Made by a program: the position numbers and the translations under genes. From contig JBAWXQ010000002.1 of assembly GCA_037144015.1 (NCBI GenBank), forward strand, positions 1-46,244: DNA of 46,244 nt. Reading direction: 5' to 3'. How positions within the stretch are numbered: position 1 is the first letter of the stretch; every line of letters begins with the position of its first letter. Below, one piece after another: positions 45,879-46,244 of the stretch. This stretch comes from a bacterium (lineage in GTDB: Bacteria > Verrucomicrobiota > Kiritimatiellia > RFP12 > CAIWXQ01). The notes below the pieces were generated by a model. It searched no databases and had not been told where the DNA came from. It saw nothing but the letters and a program-made list of their open reading frames with translations.

Positions 45879-46244
45879 TTACAGCTTCTGCTCCGGTTCG
45901 CCCGGTTCGACTTGGAAACTCACCTGTTCCACGCCGGCGTTGATCACCGCATTCCAAACCTGAACGATGCGCTCGTATCTCGCGGCGCCATCGCCGACAA
46001 TCACCACCGTGGGCTTCTTCTTGGCGGCCTCGCACGTCTTCAGGTACGTCGTTAGGTCCGTGACCAGATCCGGAATCCGGCGGTAGCGCTCTTCCTTGCT
46101 GCCGGCCTTGTTCTTGAGCACGTACCCCTCCGCGGTGACAGTGATCAGGTGGGCATCCTCGATGTTGATGGACTGTGTGGCGGCGGCCCGCGGGATATCC
46201 ACTGCCAGACCCTCCTTCAACGTCGGCGCGGTGATCATAAATAT
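45879..46244 (-). CDS. exbD: Biopolymer transport protein ExbD/TolR (5' end outside the window)
   Basis: IFMITAP...LAVDIPRA, VVIVGDGAARYERIVQVWNAVINAGVEQVSF. Confidence 0.9.
   Translation of the reverse strand: MFMITAPTLKEGLAVDIPRAAATQSINIEDAHLITVTAEGYVLKNKAGSKEERYRRIPDLVTDLTTYLKTCEAAKKKPTVVIVGDGAARYERIVQVWNAVINAGVEQVSFQVEPGEPEQKL

Noticed and set aside
290-46055. Long plus-strand ORFs (e.g. 290-841, 1310-3007, 5997-7547, 13014-14300, 31147-33354, 35388-36923, 44158-45963, 44352-46055)
   Set aside because: Antisense shadows of well-supported minus-strand genes, expected from GC-rich codon bias; no recognisable motifs.

Overview
GC-rich bacterial window, most likely from a PVC-superphylum organism (Kiritimatiellota/Lentisphaerota-like; inferred from protein families and style only). 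It is almost entirely one minus-strand carbohydrate-utilisation region with no susC/susD pair in the window. It encodes ExbD plus a giant TonB/TolA-like protein ending in a CBM9-like domain, two GH94-type phosphorylases, a URO-D/MtaA-like protein, a DUF5107-TPR protein, a YidJ-like sulfatase, GH42 and GH42-like galactosidases, two SGNH esterases, two GH123/DUF4091-like paralogues, a secreted tandem-SIS protein, an M28-peptidase/AAC(3) fusion and two MFS transporters, one with a complete WD40 propeller inserted in a loop. Intergenic spaces contain a family of hairpins built from short-period repeats. One pair forms terminal inverted repeats around a tandem four-helix-bundle gene, another pair brackets a small lipoprotein gene with integron-cassette-like ends, and gene-less copies occur elsewhere. 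Several gene remnants are visible. No rRNA, tRNA, CRISPR array, transposase, integrase or reverse transcriptase was recognised. All family calls are by eye from motifs, not from database searches.
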